59,516 nt of DNA, filler included, from Squatina squatina (GCA_031763465.1; 3 parts of 3 records of this genome joined end to end with filler, not necessarily neighbours in it); one strand, 5' to 3'. Shown: positions 15,501 through 29,405, numbered from the whole stretch's first letter. The notes: generated by a model not told the origin, from the sequence alone. Numbers and translations: made by a program.

Positions 15501-18234
15501 TATCTTAGCAGACGTGTACTGCCACCTGAGCATATCATCAGGACACCCAAAACTTTCACCTTTATTCATGTAGCTCAGCAAAATCATTGTTAAACAACTC
15601 CGTTTTTCAGACTCCTTACAAATCTTTTTTTAAAGCGGATTGAAGTGACCTGCAGTTATTCAGGTGGTTGTGAGAACTAGCCTGTGACAAATTAAGCCAG
15701 GAAATTTTCACCCGAAGTGAATAAACATCAGTGACAAAGACATTGAGTGGTTTCAGCGCACAAAGCCTTCGCTGTGGCATGAAACCTATGATCATGCTTA
15801 AAAACCTCGGAAGAGCTTTGTTGAGACACTAAACATCTGCATTTGCAAGTTCTGCAACTGCCACACTCCCAGCTTTCATTGTACAAACATAACAATCTTA
15901 CAGGGATCGGCAGAAGCATACAGCAAGAAACAGCATGAGCAAGTTAGGAGCAGGTGCCACCCCACATTGTCTTTGTCATCCGTGGGGGTTGGGAAAGGAG
16001 GGATGGGGAGGGGAGAGGTATGAGAGCTTGCAACAATTTTCTTTGCTGTGCTGCTAACAAATGGCACTTCAGCTTTGATAACACAGGCACTTTTACACTG
16101 TCTGAGAGCNNNNNNNNNNNNNNNNNNNNNNNNNNNNNNNNNNNNNNNNNNNNNNNNNNNNNNNNNNNNNNNNNNNNNNNNNNNNNNNNNNNNNNNNNNN
16201 NNNNNNNNNAATAGTTTATATGTCCTTGATGTTTATGATTGCAAAATTAAAGTTGCTACTGGAAGATGTTCTCTGTGTAGCAAAATCCTAAATGCATTGT
16301 TTATAGAAAGGTTTGCAATTTAATTACACATAATACACAGAAGAAGCCTAATCTGTTGTTTGATCATAACAATTTTGTATTGTATTCAGTTTGAATATTT
16401 CACTTAAATCCCAAACATTGACTATCTATAGGTGCTGCACACTTTATTAATGTTCTTAAACACGTACACGAATATAACTATCATATCACACACTGTAAAA
16501 CTTAGGATCCTTTATATGGGACAGAAATTCTCCTCCTGTTAATTTAACATATAAGCCCAAGTTTGATTTGGAGCAAGCTTTACTGCACTGATACTTAGAA
16601 ATATCAGCATTACAATGTTTTGTTTAAAAAGTGCATATCTTGTTTAATCTAAACCTCATTGAATTGCACAAGTATCCCAATTGCACTTTGTTATTTATTT
16701 TAGAGGAAATGAAGTGTAGTGCAAAAAGGTAAGTATGCTACTGTACAAAATACAGAGTGCCAATATGGTAGAAATAAAGTAATCATAGACAATGGTAAAA
16801 TATTTCTAATAATGGTATCTGTAAACAGTCCTACATGGGAATAGATGGAATCCCTTTAATGTATGGCATATTTTGCAGCTGGTAAATGTAAGAGTACGCT
16901 TCTGAATAATGTTGATTAGAATGATGCCTGATTTTTAAGTACAACTCAGTAATGGCTGCCTGTTAAAAAGAATTAAAACTGATTAAGGAAATTTCTCTTC
17001 AGTCCACTGCACCTTTTGCTGTCTTTAAGAAATGTCAATTAACTGCAGCTGGAGACTAAACACCACACAGGAGTCTTGCTGTCTTCTTTATTTTTCTTCC
17101 AAATAGTACAATAAGATTTACCCGATGCATTTTCATAAAACAAATGTGTTAATCTTTCAATTTGTTGCAGCATCTGAAAGTTCAAGGGTCATGCCCTCAT
17201 TTTAAAGAAACAGCTCCCATGGGCCGAGGAGTTCACCAGAAAGACCCTGCAACAATGAGACACGTGCTGGTTAACTGTCATCAGGAAAGCAGTTACGGTT
17301 GACCAGTGGGGGGTCTGTTACCCTGGAGAGGCTTTGTGAGAAAAAGACACGTGCCAGCTGTCACTGAGAAACTATTGTGGTAGGTCAGCATGAGTCAACA
17401 GTCCAATGGGCATGGTTTACATTGTGAGGCTTAATAAGGAAAGTAATTACTTCTCCTTAATAAAGCCACATAATCTAGGTATGTATGTAAATGGATGGCA
17501 GAACATGTCGGATCAAGTTTAGATGACATTTACCATGTTGCTGAAACATTGGCTTTGCGTTTTGTTCCAGCTGTGAAATATATGAGTAAAGGAGGGAAAT
17601 TGCAATTTATGTTAACATTCCTCATTTGTTTTCCTTGTTAAAAAGGAAAAAGATGAGCAAGTGGAGAAGATGGTAATTTCTGCACTACTATTTATTTTAT
17701 AGAAAGATGTCCATTGTAGATTAAATGAAATATGGGAAATATTGGACAGACCTTAGTTTCTTTCGTGACAAGAGGATTAATCAGCTAATTTGGTTTCAAC
17801 AATGGAAAAATATTTACGAGAGAATACTCAATGATAGTAATGATTGGCAGCAGTTTACTATTTATGCATTATTTGTACAAAATAATCAGGCAAATTAAAA
17901 GCCCTGTAATTCTGGGAGCCCAAGTCGGCCAGCAGGAATGTAGTGGAGCAAGACTCCTGTCCGCTGTCACCCATCAACACAGACCCCACCAAAAATCGCA
18001 AGGATACAGTTACTCCCATATTGGAGTAGGCAGCCTGCACTTGTAAGGGCACATCAGAGGTGCCCTTAGCATATCGCATCCAAGTTCCTAGATTAAATGC
18101 TGCATTAAATTGAAGTGGCATGTGGCCTAGACAGCAGTTATAGGAACTAGTTATCCAACATTTAGGGCTTGGTTATTTTTGTAAAACACTGCTTTATCTG
18201 TGCAAGTTTCTGAAATATTGGTAAAAAGAAACAC

Positions 18235-18660
18235 TTGAAAGAACTTGCATTGATATAGCACCTTGTCATATCTCTCAGAAATGTCCTAAAACACTTCACA
18301 TGAATTACTTTTTCCCCCCACTGTTGTTGTGCAGGTAAATGTAATCGACATTGTGCACACAAGATCCTATAAGCAGCAATGAAATGAACAATGAGGTAAT
18401 CTGTTTTTGGTGATATTAGTTGAGAGAGGCACATTGGCCATAATGCTGGGAGAACTCCCTGCTCCTTAATGCCATGGAGTCTTCAACACCCACTTGAACT
18501 ATTTTGATTTATCTTCTCATCTGAACTGCAACTGTCCCTCAGTTCTGCACAGGTATGTATATCAGCCTCGGTTATATGCTCATGTCCTAGAGTGGGACTT
18601 GATCCCACAACCTTCTGATTCTGAAGCAAGACTGTTATAATTGAGCCAAACTGGCCACAG
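18235..18660 (-). mobile_element. Deu-domain SINE (SacSINE1-like), degenerate
   Basis: Reverse complement of the 37465 and 38130 copies (gtgggacttgatcccacaaccttctgattc; cttgcattgatatagcacct tail). Confidence 0.7.
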
Positions 18661-18890
18661 AGCTTGCACCAGCCACAAAGATAAACAATGAAAGAAAAAA
18701 GAAAAGTTTTCAGGAGAAATTTTAACAATGTAAGAATGCGGACGGTAGCTGACAGGAGTTTACAAAAATGCTGAAATCCTGAACATATTGGTTGTCTACA
18801 AAATGCAATTTAATGACACCATTTTCTTTCTTGCCATAAAGAAAACCTTCAGGAAAAATAAGTGTTGTGATCTCTAACTGACGGATAGCT

Positions 18891-18969
18891 GCAGACTAGA
18901 TAATCTCTGCAGGCAACTGTGAAGTATTGTCATAATCTCACAATAGCCTACAGAGATTCTGTAGTCTGT
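18891..18969 (+). ncRNA. MIR216B: pre-miR-216b (mature 5p 18901-18922 UAAUCUCUGCAGGCAACUGUGA)
   Basis: The 5p arm matches the fish miR-216b-5p sequence as I recall it. The 3p arm TCACAATAGCCTACAGAGATT pairs with it, the basal stem is GCAGACTA/TAGTCTGT, and a CNNC motif (CAAC, 18975-18978) follows. It lies between CCDC85A and EFEMP1 on the EFEMP1 strand, as in mammals. Confidence 0.93.
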
Positions 18970-19724
18970 TGCCTCAACTAACAGCTTCTCAATGAGGATA
19001 GCTTTAATAAACTATCGATTTGATTACTAGATACTCTATATTCTTCTTTTAAAAATAAAATGGGAGAAGGCCTGTTTTATCCATTATTAAAGAGCCGCTA
19101 ATGTGTTCACAGATACAAGCAGGTTTGAAACATGCATTTTCTGAGAATTCAATTTCATAAGCAGATCATTAATTATGGGGAAAACCAGCCATTGTATCCT
19201 CTGTGTGCTTAAAGTGGGAGATACATATAATGCTCCAACAATAATGCCGTGAATTATAATAAGATTCTGCACAAAGTAGATTGGGTAAAATGTGATAAAT
19301 TAAGTTGTTTACAATGCCTGAAAATTCTAATCCAATACTTTCAGTGCCATGACTATGTTAGTGCATTGAAGAGTTTACCACATCTATGTAGGCAGAACAA
19401 GATGTAACCAAAATGTAACAAGAAGCTTGCCCACTGAACATGACAGATTTTGTAACAGAGACTCTGAAAACACATCCTAAAAATGTTGCTCAAAGTTTCT
19501 GTACTGTACTGAATTTATAATCATTTATTATCACTGTGTTGTTAGCTAGCTCGATCTGAAAACTCACTTTTCAATAGTTATTAGAAGAATTGCTCCTATC
19601 TTCCCTACACTTATGACTTTAGCTTTCTATTATATGGAACAGCCTAAAACATGGTGTACCTAGAATTCCAAGAGCCACTAGTTAAAGTTCCACCTGAAAG
19701 CCTATTAGTTTAACTCAAAGCTGT

Positions 19725-19960
19725 AGGGATTCAGGGTAAAACTTGGCTATGGATATGAAATTGGCTGCAGGGTAGAAAAACAACAGGGACTCATTATTGG
19801 AATTATGTTGGAGTGGGGGTGAAGCACTGAGTTAAATGCCTCAGGGGGTCAGTCTTGGGACCACTGTTTCTAATTTACCTCAATTATTTGGACTCAGAAA
19901 CCCAATGCAAATTGGTCAAATTTGCAGACAATACCTAATCAGGAGAGTCAGTCGAATTGG
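19725..19960 (+). mobile_element. CR1-type LINE RT fragment
   Basis: Remnant PQGSVLGPLF..IYLNYLD...KFADNT motif. Confidence 0.7.
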
Positions 19961-22900
19961 ACGGGATAGCTCAGAGTGATCATTACATCCCAGTGGAGGA
20001 AAAAACACTGGAATAATTGAAGAAATAATTGGATGCTGTGATGAGGGAAACTGTAAAGTCTTTCTGGATTGATGACCTATGAATAGTCTTCCTTATCTGT
20101 GTCTACCTTGTGATCTATCATTTGTGGATTATGTTTATGTGATAAGTATTGAGCATGGCATGGTAAAATGGGATAAGTGAGTAAAAGGAAAGATTAAGCT
20201 ATGGAAGATGAAACATTCAAATTTCCAAAGAAACAACATAAACCAGAAGAATAAGGAACACAAATGTGTTGAAACAGAACAGAAATGAGTAAGAAAGAGA
20301 ACAAAATCATTTCCATTTAAATTGATGGTTGAAAAATTGTGTGGTGTGCACCTGAATTTACAATAAGTACTTATAGCGGATGAAGCTCTGTGTTAGGAAC
20401 GCAATGTTGCAAAATGACCCCTATAGCATCTATATGGTTAACGATGGGATATATAAAAATAAAACTGATTACAGCATTTGATTGGTTCAGTACACAATGC
20501 AATATAGGTTTTTAAATAATGTATTGTACCAATATCCCAGTTTTCTCTCCCAATACCTTCAATTGGGAGCAATGAAGCTCTGCATTTATTCTACTTGCCT
20601 TATGTTTTGTAATGCATTTCTCTAAAGGGAGACTTACTTTTTTTTTGAAATAGAACTGTCTATGCACATTATCCTGTAGCTAACGGACTTCAGATTAAAA
20701 AAGGGCAATCGACAATTTTCTAGCGTCACTTGTTTCAANNNNNNNNNNNNNNNNNNNNNNNNNNNNNNNNNNNNNNNNNNNNNNNNNNNNNNNNNNNNNN
20801 NNNNNNNNNNNNNNNNNNNNNNNNNNNNNNNNNNNNNNGCGTCTCCGGCCGCCATTTTTTTTTTTAATCGGCCGACTTTGAAGTCGGCTGATAAATGGCA
20901 GCCCCTCAGCCAGATCGAGCCACCATCGCCTTGCCTGGCATGCCGACTGGTGCGTCCAGGAGGGCCGGCGGCCCTCCTCTTTCAGGGAGGTCTGGCTGTC
21001 CTGCTGACATCAGTGCGCTGGGCTGTGACGCGGCATTTGGGAGGCCTGTGGCTGGGCGCTGAAGCCTGACCACTGACATCCAACCCCGGCCGCCTTGGGA
21101 GTGCGCTGCGTCTGGAATCCCAGGATGGCCAGGGCGGGGCAGGTGTCGGCGAGGGAATGTAACTCTTGTTAATGGCTTGTTATACCCTTAGAACCTTTTT
21201 CAAGCCTTTCAGAATTTTTGGCACCTTATTGTGACACTCACCTTTAATTGTCCCCATCCATTCACATGCCTCTACACTCACTTTTCTCCTACCACTAATA
21301 TGCTCGCTGCACCTGCCCAAATCTGCATTTAGATACCACAATAATTATGCAAATACCAACCAACAAAAGTTGTGTGCAATTAGCTCAGTGCAACTCTACC
21401 AGGATTAGAACCAGTTCTTAACCATTTAGAAATTAATTCCATCAGTGGATGAAAATTGCCTCCATCGAGTATGTTAATGTACTCAGGTATTTGATATGAT
21501 ATTATAGCTAACAGAACAAACCGGAGAAAACTATCTGCAAGTATTAAATACTATGCCACTTTTCTTAAGAAGAAATCAACATCAACAACATCATACATAG
21601 AGATTTGGTTAAGCATTTAAATTCATAACTGTTTGGGTTGGGTCATTCCTGGGAAAGACTTGGAACTCAGACATTTAATTTGAGCATCTCCCCTGTGCCG
21701 CCCACAATTGGAGCATTATCATTCAATTTAACAACTCAATGATTACAAATTCTATGAGCAAACAAACTTCAGGACCCTGGAAAATCATAAAGGCTGGAAG
21801 TAAAGGCAGCAACTCTTGGCTCCAGTGGGATTTGGGCTCACATCAAAGGCATTTGTTCTGAGTTATGGTTTTGACACATTTCAGCAAAGAAGTCACTGTA
21901 AACCGCAGTGGCTTTCTGCACCGAGGCTGTTCCAGGTGGATATCTGTCAGNNNNNNNNNNNNNNNNNNNNNNNNNNNNNNNNNNNNNNNNNNNNNNNNNN
22001 NNNNNNNNNNNNNNNNNNNNNNNNNNNNNNNNNNNNNNNNNNNNNNNNNNNNNNNNNNNNNNNNNNNNNNNNNNNNNNNNNNNNNNNNNNNNNNNNNNNN
22101 NNNNNNNNNNNNNNNNNNNNNNNNNNNNNNNNNNNNNNNNNNNNNNNNNNNNNNNNNNNNNNNNNNNNNNNNNNNNNNNNNNNNNNNNNNNNNNNNNNNN
22201 NNNNNNNNNNNNNNNNNNNNNNNNNNNNNNNNNNNNNNNNNNNNNNNNNNNNNNNNNNNNNNNNNNNNNNNNNNNNNNNNNNNNNNNNNNNNNNNNNNNN
22301 NNNNNNNNNNNNNNNNNNNNNNNNNNNNNNNNNNNNNNNNNNNNNNNNNNNNNNNNNNNNNNNNNNNNNNNNNNNNNNNNNNNNNNNNNNNNNNNNNNNN
22401 NNNNNNNNNNNNNNNNNNNNNNNNNNNNNNNNNNNNNNNNNNNNNNNNNNNNNNNNNNNNNNNNNNNNNNNNNNNNNNNNNNNNNNNNNNNNNNNNNNNN
22501 NNNNNNNNNNNNNNNNNNNNNNNNNNNNNNNNNNNNNNNNNNNNNNNNNNNNNNNNNNNNNNNNNNNNNNNNNNNNNNNNNNNNNNNNNNNNNNNNNNNN
22601 NNNNNNNNNNNNNNNNNNNNNNNNNNNNNNNNNNNNNNNNNNNNNNNNNNNNNNNNNNNNNNNNNNNNNNNNNNNNNNNNNNNNNNNNNNNNNNNNNNNN
22701 NNNNNNNNNNNNNNNNNNNNNNNNNNNNNNNNNNNNNNNNNNNNNNNNNNNNNNNNNNNNNNNNNNNNNNNNNNNNNNNNNNNNNNNNNNNNNNNNNNNN
22801 NNNNNNNNNNNNNNNNNNNNNNNNNNNNNNNNNNNNNNNNNNNNNNNNNNNNNNNNNNNNNNNNNNNTATATTGCAAATCATTTTGCAAAAATGTGCAGC

Positions 22901-25699
22901 CCAGTTGTTTCCGTGTTTTGTTTCTCTGGTCATTGCGGCACCCACACTGATGAGACTCCACTCGTGCTTCTTATCATGGCTGAAGTCACTATCAGTCCTT
23001 AAATGTGACAGTGGAAAGCAACTTTAGGGGAATGTCAGTTCATCATCCTGTGACCACTGGATCTATATTACATTTAACTTGCAGAGAAACCAGGGCGGGC
23101 AGTCTGTTCCCAGGACTTCTGGCAGTCAGCTATAAGCAGTAACTATGGTGACCTGGAGCAAGTTCATGTGCCATTCCACCATAACCCTAACCCTAATGCA
23201 AAGTAATCCTACAAGGAATAGCTGCATTAATGATCCCTCGCAGATAATAAAGTGAAATTAATAAATATATACAAAATATGTATAGTGTGACTGTAATCTG
23301 ACTTTTAACATGTTGTTTATCTTACCTCACAGTTTCTGCAGTCATGTTTAATTTTGCATATATTCAACTTTGATATTGCACTCATTTATAGAGAAGCATT
23401 CTTATGTCGTACTTAAGCATTCAGAAATAATATTACTGCATTCAAGTATTTTTTGTGGATTTTTACACATGCTTTAAGGACACCAGTTATGTAGAGAACA
23501 CCTCATTTATCTTTCCATCATTTAGCTTTCATGATGTTTACAATCCAAATATTTTTCCACTTACCATAAAAGTTATTTTTTTAATCAATCGCTTCTTTGT
23601 TTTGCTTCTCTTTTTCTTGGCCATGACACTATTTCCTTCCCATTTCATCTAAAAGTTGCCCGTGAGCCCTAGCTTGGCAGTGAACCCTTAGGTGTGGTTC
23701 TTGGAAAGATTCTGGAACCATCTGTCCCATGTGGCCTTCTTTTACTTTGTAGGTCTTTGCATGTTAATGTAGCTTGTAGATTATATTTCGCAAACGTATA
23801 TTCATCATTTCCCATAACCATCCATTTTTGAAAGCACATTTTGCAATGGTTGTTCTTTCCATGTAAGGTCAGTGACATTATAAAATCTCAGCAGAATCAG
23901 TAAAACAGTGTCATTGGTTTACTGCTGCAAGTAATTGTAATCCAAAAAAAGTTGTACAATATTGGTGTAGAAATTGCAGTTGAAGGCTTCCCGCGCGGGN
24001 NNNNNNNNNNNNNNNNNNNNNNNNNNNNNNNNNNNNNNNNNNNNNNNNNNNNNNNNNNNNNNNNNNNNNNNNNNNNNNNNNNNNNNNNNNNNNNNNNNNG
24101 AATAATTATGTGTGAAAAGTGGAAACCAATTAGCTGTAAAGTTAAAACACGCTCCAATTGCCTAATCACTATAAGATCTTTTACTCCATCAGAACATTTG
24201 AAAATACATTCAATAAACTTTTTCTATATCTCTGACCTGTCACCAGCATTGATTGTTTTAGTCATCTCTGTGCATATGTTAATCAAAACATGCTGAGATG
24301 AACAGGTTATCAAAACTGTGGACTTCCTTACCAAAGCTTAGCTTGGCCTTTTCCGAGAGCAATGTGTGTGGCCATGGACCAGGTTGAGTATCGAAGAAAG
24401 ATATAGATGGAGAACCTATCATAGGCCTCACTCATCCATCTGTCGCATCACGATCACGCAGGTTACACTTGATGCAGCAAGCTGCATATCAATTATTGGG
24501 TATTTACCTGAGGTTAAGTATCATCTCAGCCCACAGTATCAACTTGGTTTGTTATGTGTCAATAAGCAGGAAAAATGGAGAAAAAGAGCAAAAATCTCTG
24601 GAGAGGAAATGTAAGGGAAGGAAAACTTTAGCAAACAAAGTTACTCTTGCCAAATGTCATTAACAAATGCATACTTGTTACAGTTCTGCTACCTCCACTG
24701 TTTGACTTCCTGCAGTGGTTTGCTGTTAAGTTATAATAACACTGAAAAGTAAACAGAAGAGGAAATAATATAAAGGCACTGGTGTGTTAAGTCAGCAAAG
24801 AAAAAAACACACTCAAGCACCAGCTTTCCAAAGTAAAGGCAGATCTAAACACTAAATTATCGAGACAGAAGAACATTGTTAGTTTTTGCAAATGTTTCTC
24901 ATTGTATACTTTTGCTGAATCATGTTCTGTAAAATGTAACTTTGAATCATATAACCTTACAGCACAGAATGCTACAGAATGCAGCAAATGAGAACAAATC
25001 AAACAAGTACTTTTTTAAGTGAACATAAGTGAATTGCAGCTGTGGAATATTATACTTTATACATGTATATTAGATATTTTAAAGACTGATATTGGCATGC
25101 CTATTAAAGCGCAGTTTATACAAAGTGTTTTCCAATTATTTTTACTGGACTAGGAAATTGCATTAAAAGAAAAGCTGAGTTGCCAACTTACCAGACATCT
25201 GGAACTCCTGAGTTGAAGTTTTTCCTTCCAGAATTAACTTCAAGACTCTTTGGGCTGTATTCTCCTCCTATTGGCAGGTTAGCAGTGGAGAGGGACTACT
25301 GCCAGCCCATGTGGTTCCACTGCTAACCCACTGAACTTTCCTCCCGTGGCCCTTATTTGCTGTGTAGGGCAGGTTTGGAGCAGTAATACTGCTCCTGATA
25401 AGGTTACCGCTGCTGGGAGGGAGAGAAACTCTGTGCTAATGCAGCCTTTAAATGCCTGTAGCCAATTAAAGGGGGACATCACTTTTTCAACAGTAGAGAG
25501 TGCAAGATGTCCAAAAGAGCAGGGGCCTCAAAGAGTGCAGTCAGCAGGCTCCCACGCTATCTGATGTATCTGTNNNNNNNNNNNNNNNNNNNNNNNNNNN
25601 NNNNNNNNNNNNNNNNNNNNNNNNNNNNNNNNNNNNNNNNNNNNNNNNNNNNNNNNNNNNNNNNNNNNNNNNNACTACAGATGACGAAATCCTTAGTTG

Positions 25700-26079
25700 A
25701 TATTTGGAGAAGCATTTATCGCAGCCAGTTGCTCTATTCCTAAGCAACTCGTAACTGTCCGCTGCAATCCTATTTGGCTGTGGTGTGACTGCGCCTGCCT
25801 TCGCTCTACTGTACCACCTGACCATGCCTCAGTTGTAGTGACACTCCCGTTTAACTGTTCCTGAAGGGTTTATTGTTCGCTTTTCTGTTATTAATTCGGG
25901 GGTTGTGGTTAGTCTGTGAACCTGCAGAGGGAGCAACACCACTGTCGCACAAGAACCTCCTCATAAACCACTGCAACTCACACACTCAACACTGCTCTTC
26001 CAGCAAGTGATTTAAAAAAACAGCCAAAAGTCGACCAGGAGAATTTTAAAAAGTTGTGAAGACCTGCTGTTCTCTAAAG
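25700..26079 (+). promoter_or_regulatory. Candidate promoter / non-coding 5' exon of the EFEMP1-like gene
   Basis: Locally CpG-enriched stretch about 1 kb upstream of the ATG exon, ending in a donor-like AAG|GTAACG at 26079/26080. The ATG exon starts with a splice acceptor, so an upstream exon must exist. Boundaries are not established. Confidence 0.3.
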
Positions 26080-27107
26080 GTAACGTCAATATATGTATAT
26101 TGTTGCTCATATAAATAAAATTTAAATTCTGGCTAATGCAGGCCAAGAAAATGAAATATGCTTTCTTCTTGTTCAAGCAAATAAACTCAAGCTCGGTCTT
26201 CCAGACAGATGCACGCTGACATATATCATTTGCATCTTTTACTTATTCACTGGTTCTACTCCATTATCCTGATGTTTGGAGCTTTTTTAAGGATCAGAAT
26301 ATCAGTCATGTTTCCAGCGACAAAACTGTGTTTTGCTTTTATTGGTTCTGTCTGGCGATGTGAAGGGAAGCTGCTGGATTGGTTTGAACAGATGTGGCAG
26401 ATCGACAGATCTGGGACACAAAAGCTAAAAATACCAATTCGTATTAGTCTTGTGCCGTTAAGTCTTCTTGACCTATTCATTAGTCAATGATATGAATTGG
26501 ACAAAATNNNNNNNNNNNNNNNNNNNNNNNNNNNNNNNNNNNNNNNNNNNNNNNNNNNNNNNNNNNNNNNNNNNNNNNNNNNNNNNNNNNNNNNNNNNNN
26601 NNNNNNNTTCTAGCTTTATGCTTGTTCATTTTCATTTTAGACTATCTGGTTACCTGTTAATGTGATGTACTTTCAATTATTGAAATGGATTTTCATGTGT
26701 GCAGGTTTTAAAAAGTATATAAGTGAATAAGATAACACAGATATGTGGAAAGGAAATGTTTTGAAATGGAGGGGATTTTCTTATGCTTTGAAATCACCAA
26801 GTCATTACATACATTAAGTTCCTGAAAATACTTAGTGCAATATAAATGAATAGATATACTTAATTCGAAAACATGTGTAGAAGGATCTATAAACCATAAA
26901 TACTTTTTTTCTCCTCACAATGCTCTGTTGCTTGTCAAGACTTGTAAAAATATTGTTAAATTAAACTTGAACTCATTCCAACAAACCAGTGAAAACAGCC
27001 CTTTATGTTCACCATGTATTTCTCAAATGATAAATATAAATTAATTGAAAGGTGCTGTAGAGCTTGTTTTTGTTAAAGGTTGTGTGTTATTATTATTCAG
27101 ATACAAG

Positions 27108-27188
27108 ATGTTGCAATGGTGTCTGCTGGTCGCATTTATTTTGCATAGCATAACCTCACAGGAAGCCGATGAAACCATCACATATACG
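27108..27188 (+). CDS. EFEMP1: EFEMP1 (fibulin-3)-like coding exon 1, signal peptide
   Basis: Acceptor ttcag at 27100, 7 nt of UTR, then MLQWCLLVAFILHSITSQEADETITYT (27 aa) and donor GTAAGA. Human EFEMP1 also has 27 residues ending SQDTEETITYT. Confidence 0.85.
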
Positions 27189-27542
27189 GTAAGATGTCTC
27201 CAAGAACTGAGCACACTGATAGCTCAGGACCACATAAGATTACCATTGAATTGACAACAGTTCTTCAATGACAAACCAGAAATGTGTGATGTGATCAACC
27301 TGAAATACGTTTGTTCTAGTGTGTTCATCTGCAATGGTATATTTATTCCTTTGTTTAGAATTAAAGAAAGATATACTTTTTTACATCTAACAGTTGCTTC
27401 TCACTGAAAACATTGTTGAATTGGACACTGGCATTCTCTTACTTTTGGATTTTCCTACTATGTTGCATAATATTGTTATTTACCTATTATTGTAAAAATA
27501 ATACTGCACTTTGAAACCCCCTTTGTCCTTACATTCCTACAG

Positions 27543-27591
27543 CAATGTACAGATGGTTATCAATGGGATCCTGAAAGGCAGCAGTGCAGAG
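27543..27591 (+). CDS. EFEMP1: EFEMP1-like coding exon 2 (49 nt)
   Basis: cctacag|QCTDGYQWDPERQQCR G|gtgagt; phase 0 in, phase 1 out; matches fibulin-3 QCTDGYEWDPVRQQCK. Confidence 0.9.
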
Positions 27592-28699
27592 GTGAGTCAA
27601 TAAACGTGCAAATGGGGGAGATTTTCTCCTTCTCTCTACATTTTCTTACTTCTTTACATTTGCTTATTTGTTTTTTTTCTCTCCCTAATTCATTTCTCTT
27701 CTGTATTTTTACATTTTACAATGATGACATTAAANNNNNNNNNNNNNNNNNNNNNNNNNNNNNNNNNNNNNNNNNNNNNNNNNNNNNNNNNNNNNNNNNN
27801 NNNNNNNNNNNNNNNNNNNNNNNNNNNNNNNNNNAGGACCCGTTTATACCTACCCTTTGCTTCCTGTCTGCCAACCAGCTCTCTATCCACGTCAATACAT
27901 TACCCCCAATAACATATACTCATGTCGCCTGGTCCTTCCTAACCTAGCTAACTCAAATAGTCTCCACATGGAGCGAATCTAATCTTTTCATTATTTGAAA
28001 AATATCAATCAAAACTCCTCGGTCTACTCTTCGATAAAGTAAAGAGTCTCAGCCCCCTCTGCCTATTATGGTAAATAAGGCCATTTAAATTAGGTCTTAA
28101 TCTAGAGACCCTCCTATATCACCCACCATGTAAGAGAACCAAAACTGGACATAGTATTCTAGATGAAGCATCACCAAGGTCGAATAAGGACAGTAAACCT
28201 AGGTTAGACACATGCTCGGCATTAGTACTATACACACACACACACCCCATTACATTTATTCATATAAAATGGCATTCCCCTATTGAATCTGGATCTGCTG
28301 GTAATCTGTTTATCTCATCTAAGGTTCCATTACCTGCCAAAAATATTTGTACCATCTGCAAACAGTTCCCAAGACACCTTCATCCAGATTACTGATAAAT
28401 ATAGTGAATAGCAACAGCTAGTAACCCTTCTCCATGCAGAACCAAAGCCATTGATAGCAATCTTCTGCCTAGATCAATTGGTACACTCTTAAAACCAGAA
28501 ACCTGTGCCAGATTTATACCAAAATTAAAGTAAATTCAGTATCATACTGCAGCTACACCAAGAACATTATAGTGATCTACTCTTTGTTAGCTACAGGATT
28601 GGTGCATGCAAGGAAAGCACAAAATGTAGGGAGGGGAGACAAATATACAAATAATTTTAGCAGCTCCTTCATCCAACTTATCTTATTTAGTAAAATACC

Positions 28700-29075
28700 T
28701 TTTCAGGAACAGGAAGGATCTATTTCCCTTGGGAGAGGGGTCAATAACCAGGGGGCATATATTTAAAGTAATCGGTAGAAGGAGTCAAACTTTTTTCACC
28801 CAGAGGGCCGGGGGCGGTGGGGGGGTGGGGGTGTGGGGGGGGGGGGTGGTGTGGCTGGTCTCTGTAACTCACTGCCTGAAAGGGTGGTAGAGGCAGAAAC
28901 CCTCATCACATTCAGAAAGTACTTGGATATGCACTTGAAGTGCCGTAAACGGCAAATCTACGGACTAATAGCTGAAAAGTGGGAATAGGTTGGATAGCTC
29001 TTTTCCGACTGGCGCAGAGACGATGGACCGAATGGCCTCCTTCTGCGCTGCAAATTTCTATGATTCTATGATTCT
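28700..29075 (+). mobile_element. CR1 LINE 3' end in EFEMP1 intron
   Basis: ttttttcacccagaggg...aactcactgcctgaaagggtggtagaggcaga...aatggcctccttctg...tctatgattctatgattct tail. Confidence 0.8.
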
Positions 29076-29405
29076 CTTTCTGTGCCTTCTTTGACATTGA
29101 ATTAGCCCTCTTTCTCAGTCCTTTCTCTGTTTATTTCTTAATCCTTTAATCTCATTGGTTAAGGAGAAACACAGTTGGCTATTCACTCAGCTCTTAGATA
29201 CCCTGTTGCCCTCGCTGTGCCGTTATTAGCTCACACTTCCAGCAAATTCTGGGCAAAAATTTTTAAAACCTAACTGTGCACAAACGCGTCTAACTAACAG
29301 AGCATGCCGCAAGATGCTCCGCTCCAGCAAAATCTGTCCCATTTATTGATTTGGCTGAATACAGGATCTGTGACAGCTGTTAAGTAATCTTTTGTTGGTT
29401 TTCAG

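Noticed and set aside
20839-21160. CpG-island-like block
   Set aside because: Abuts a gap and resembles the GC-rich MITE-like repeats at 31099-31680 and 53400-53870; no evidence for a promoter.
23181-23196. Telomere-like taaccctaaccctaa
   Set aside because: Only about two units; compatible with chance.
23433-23455. tactgcat miR-217 seed-like match
   Set aside because: The rest of the mature sequence and a hairpin are absent.
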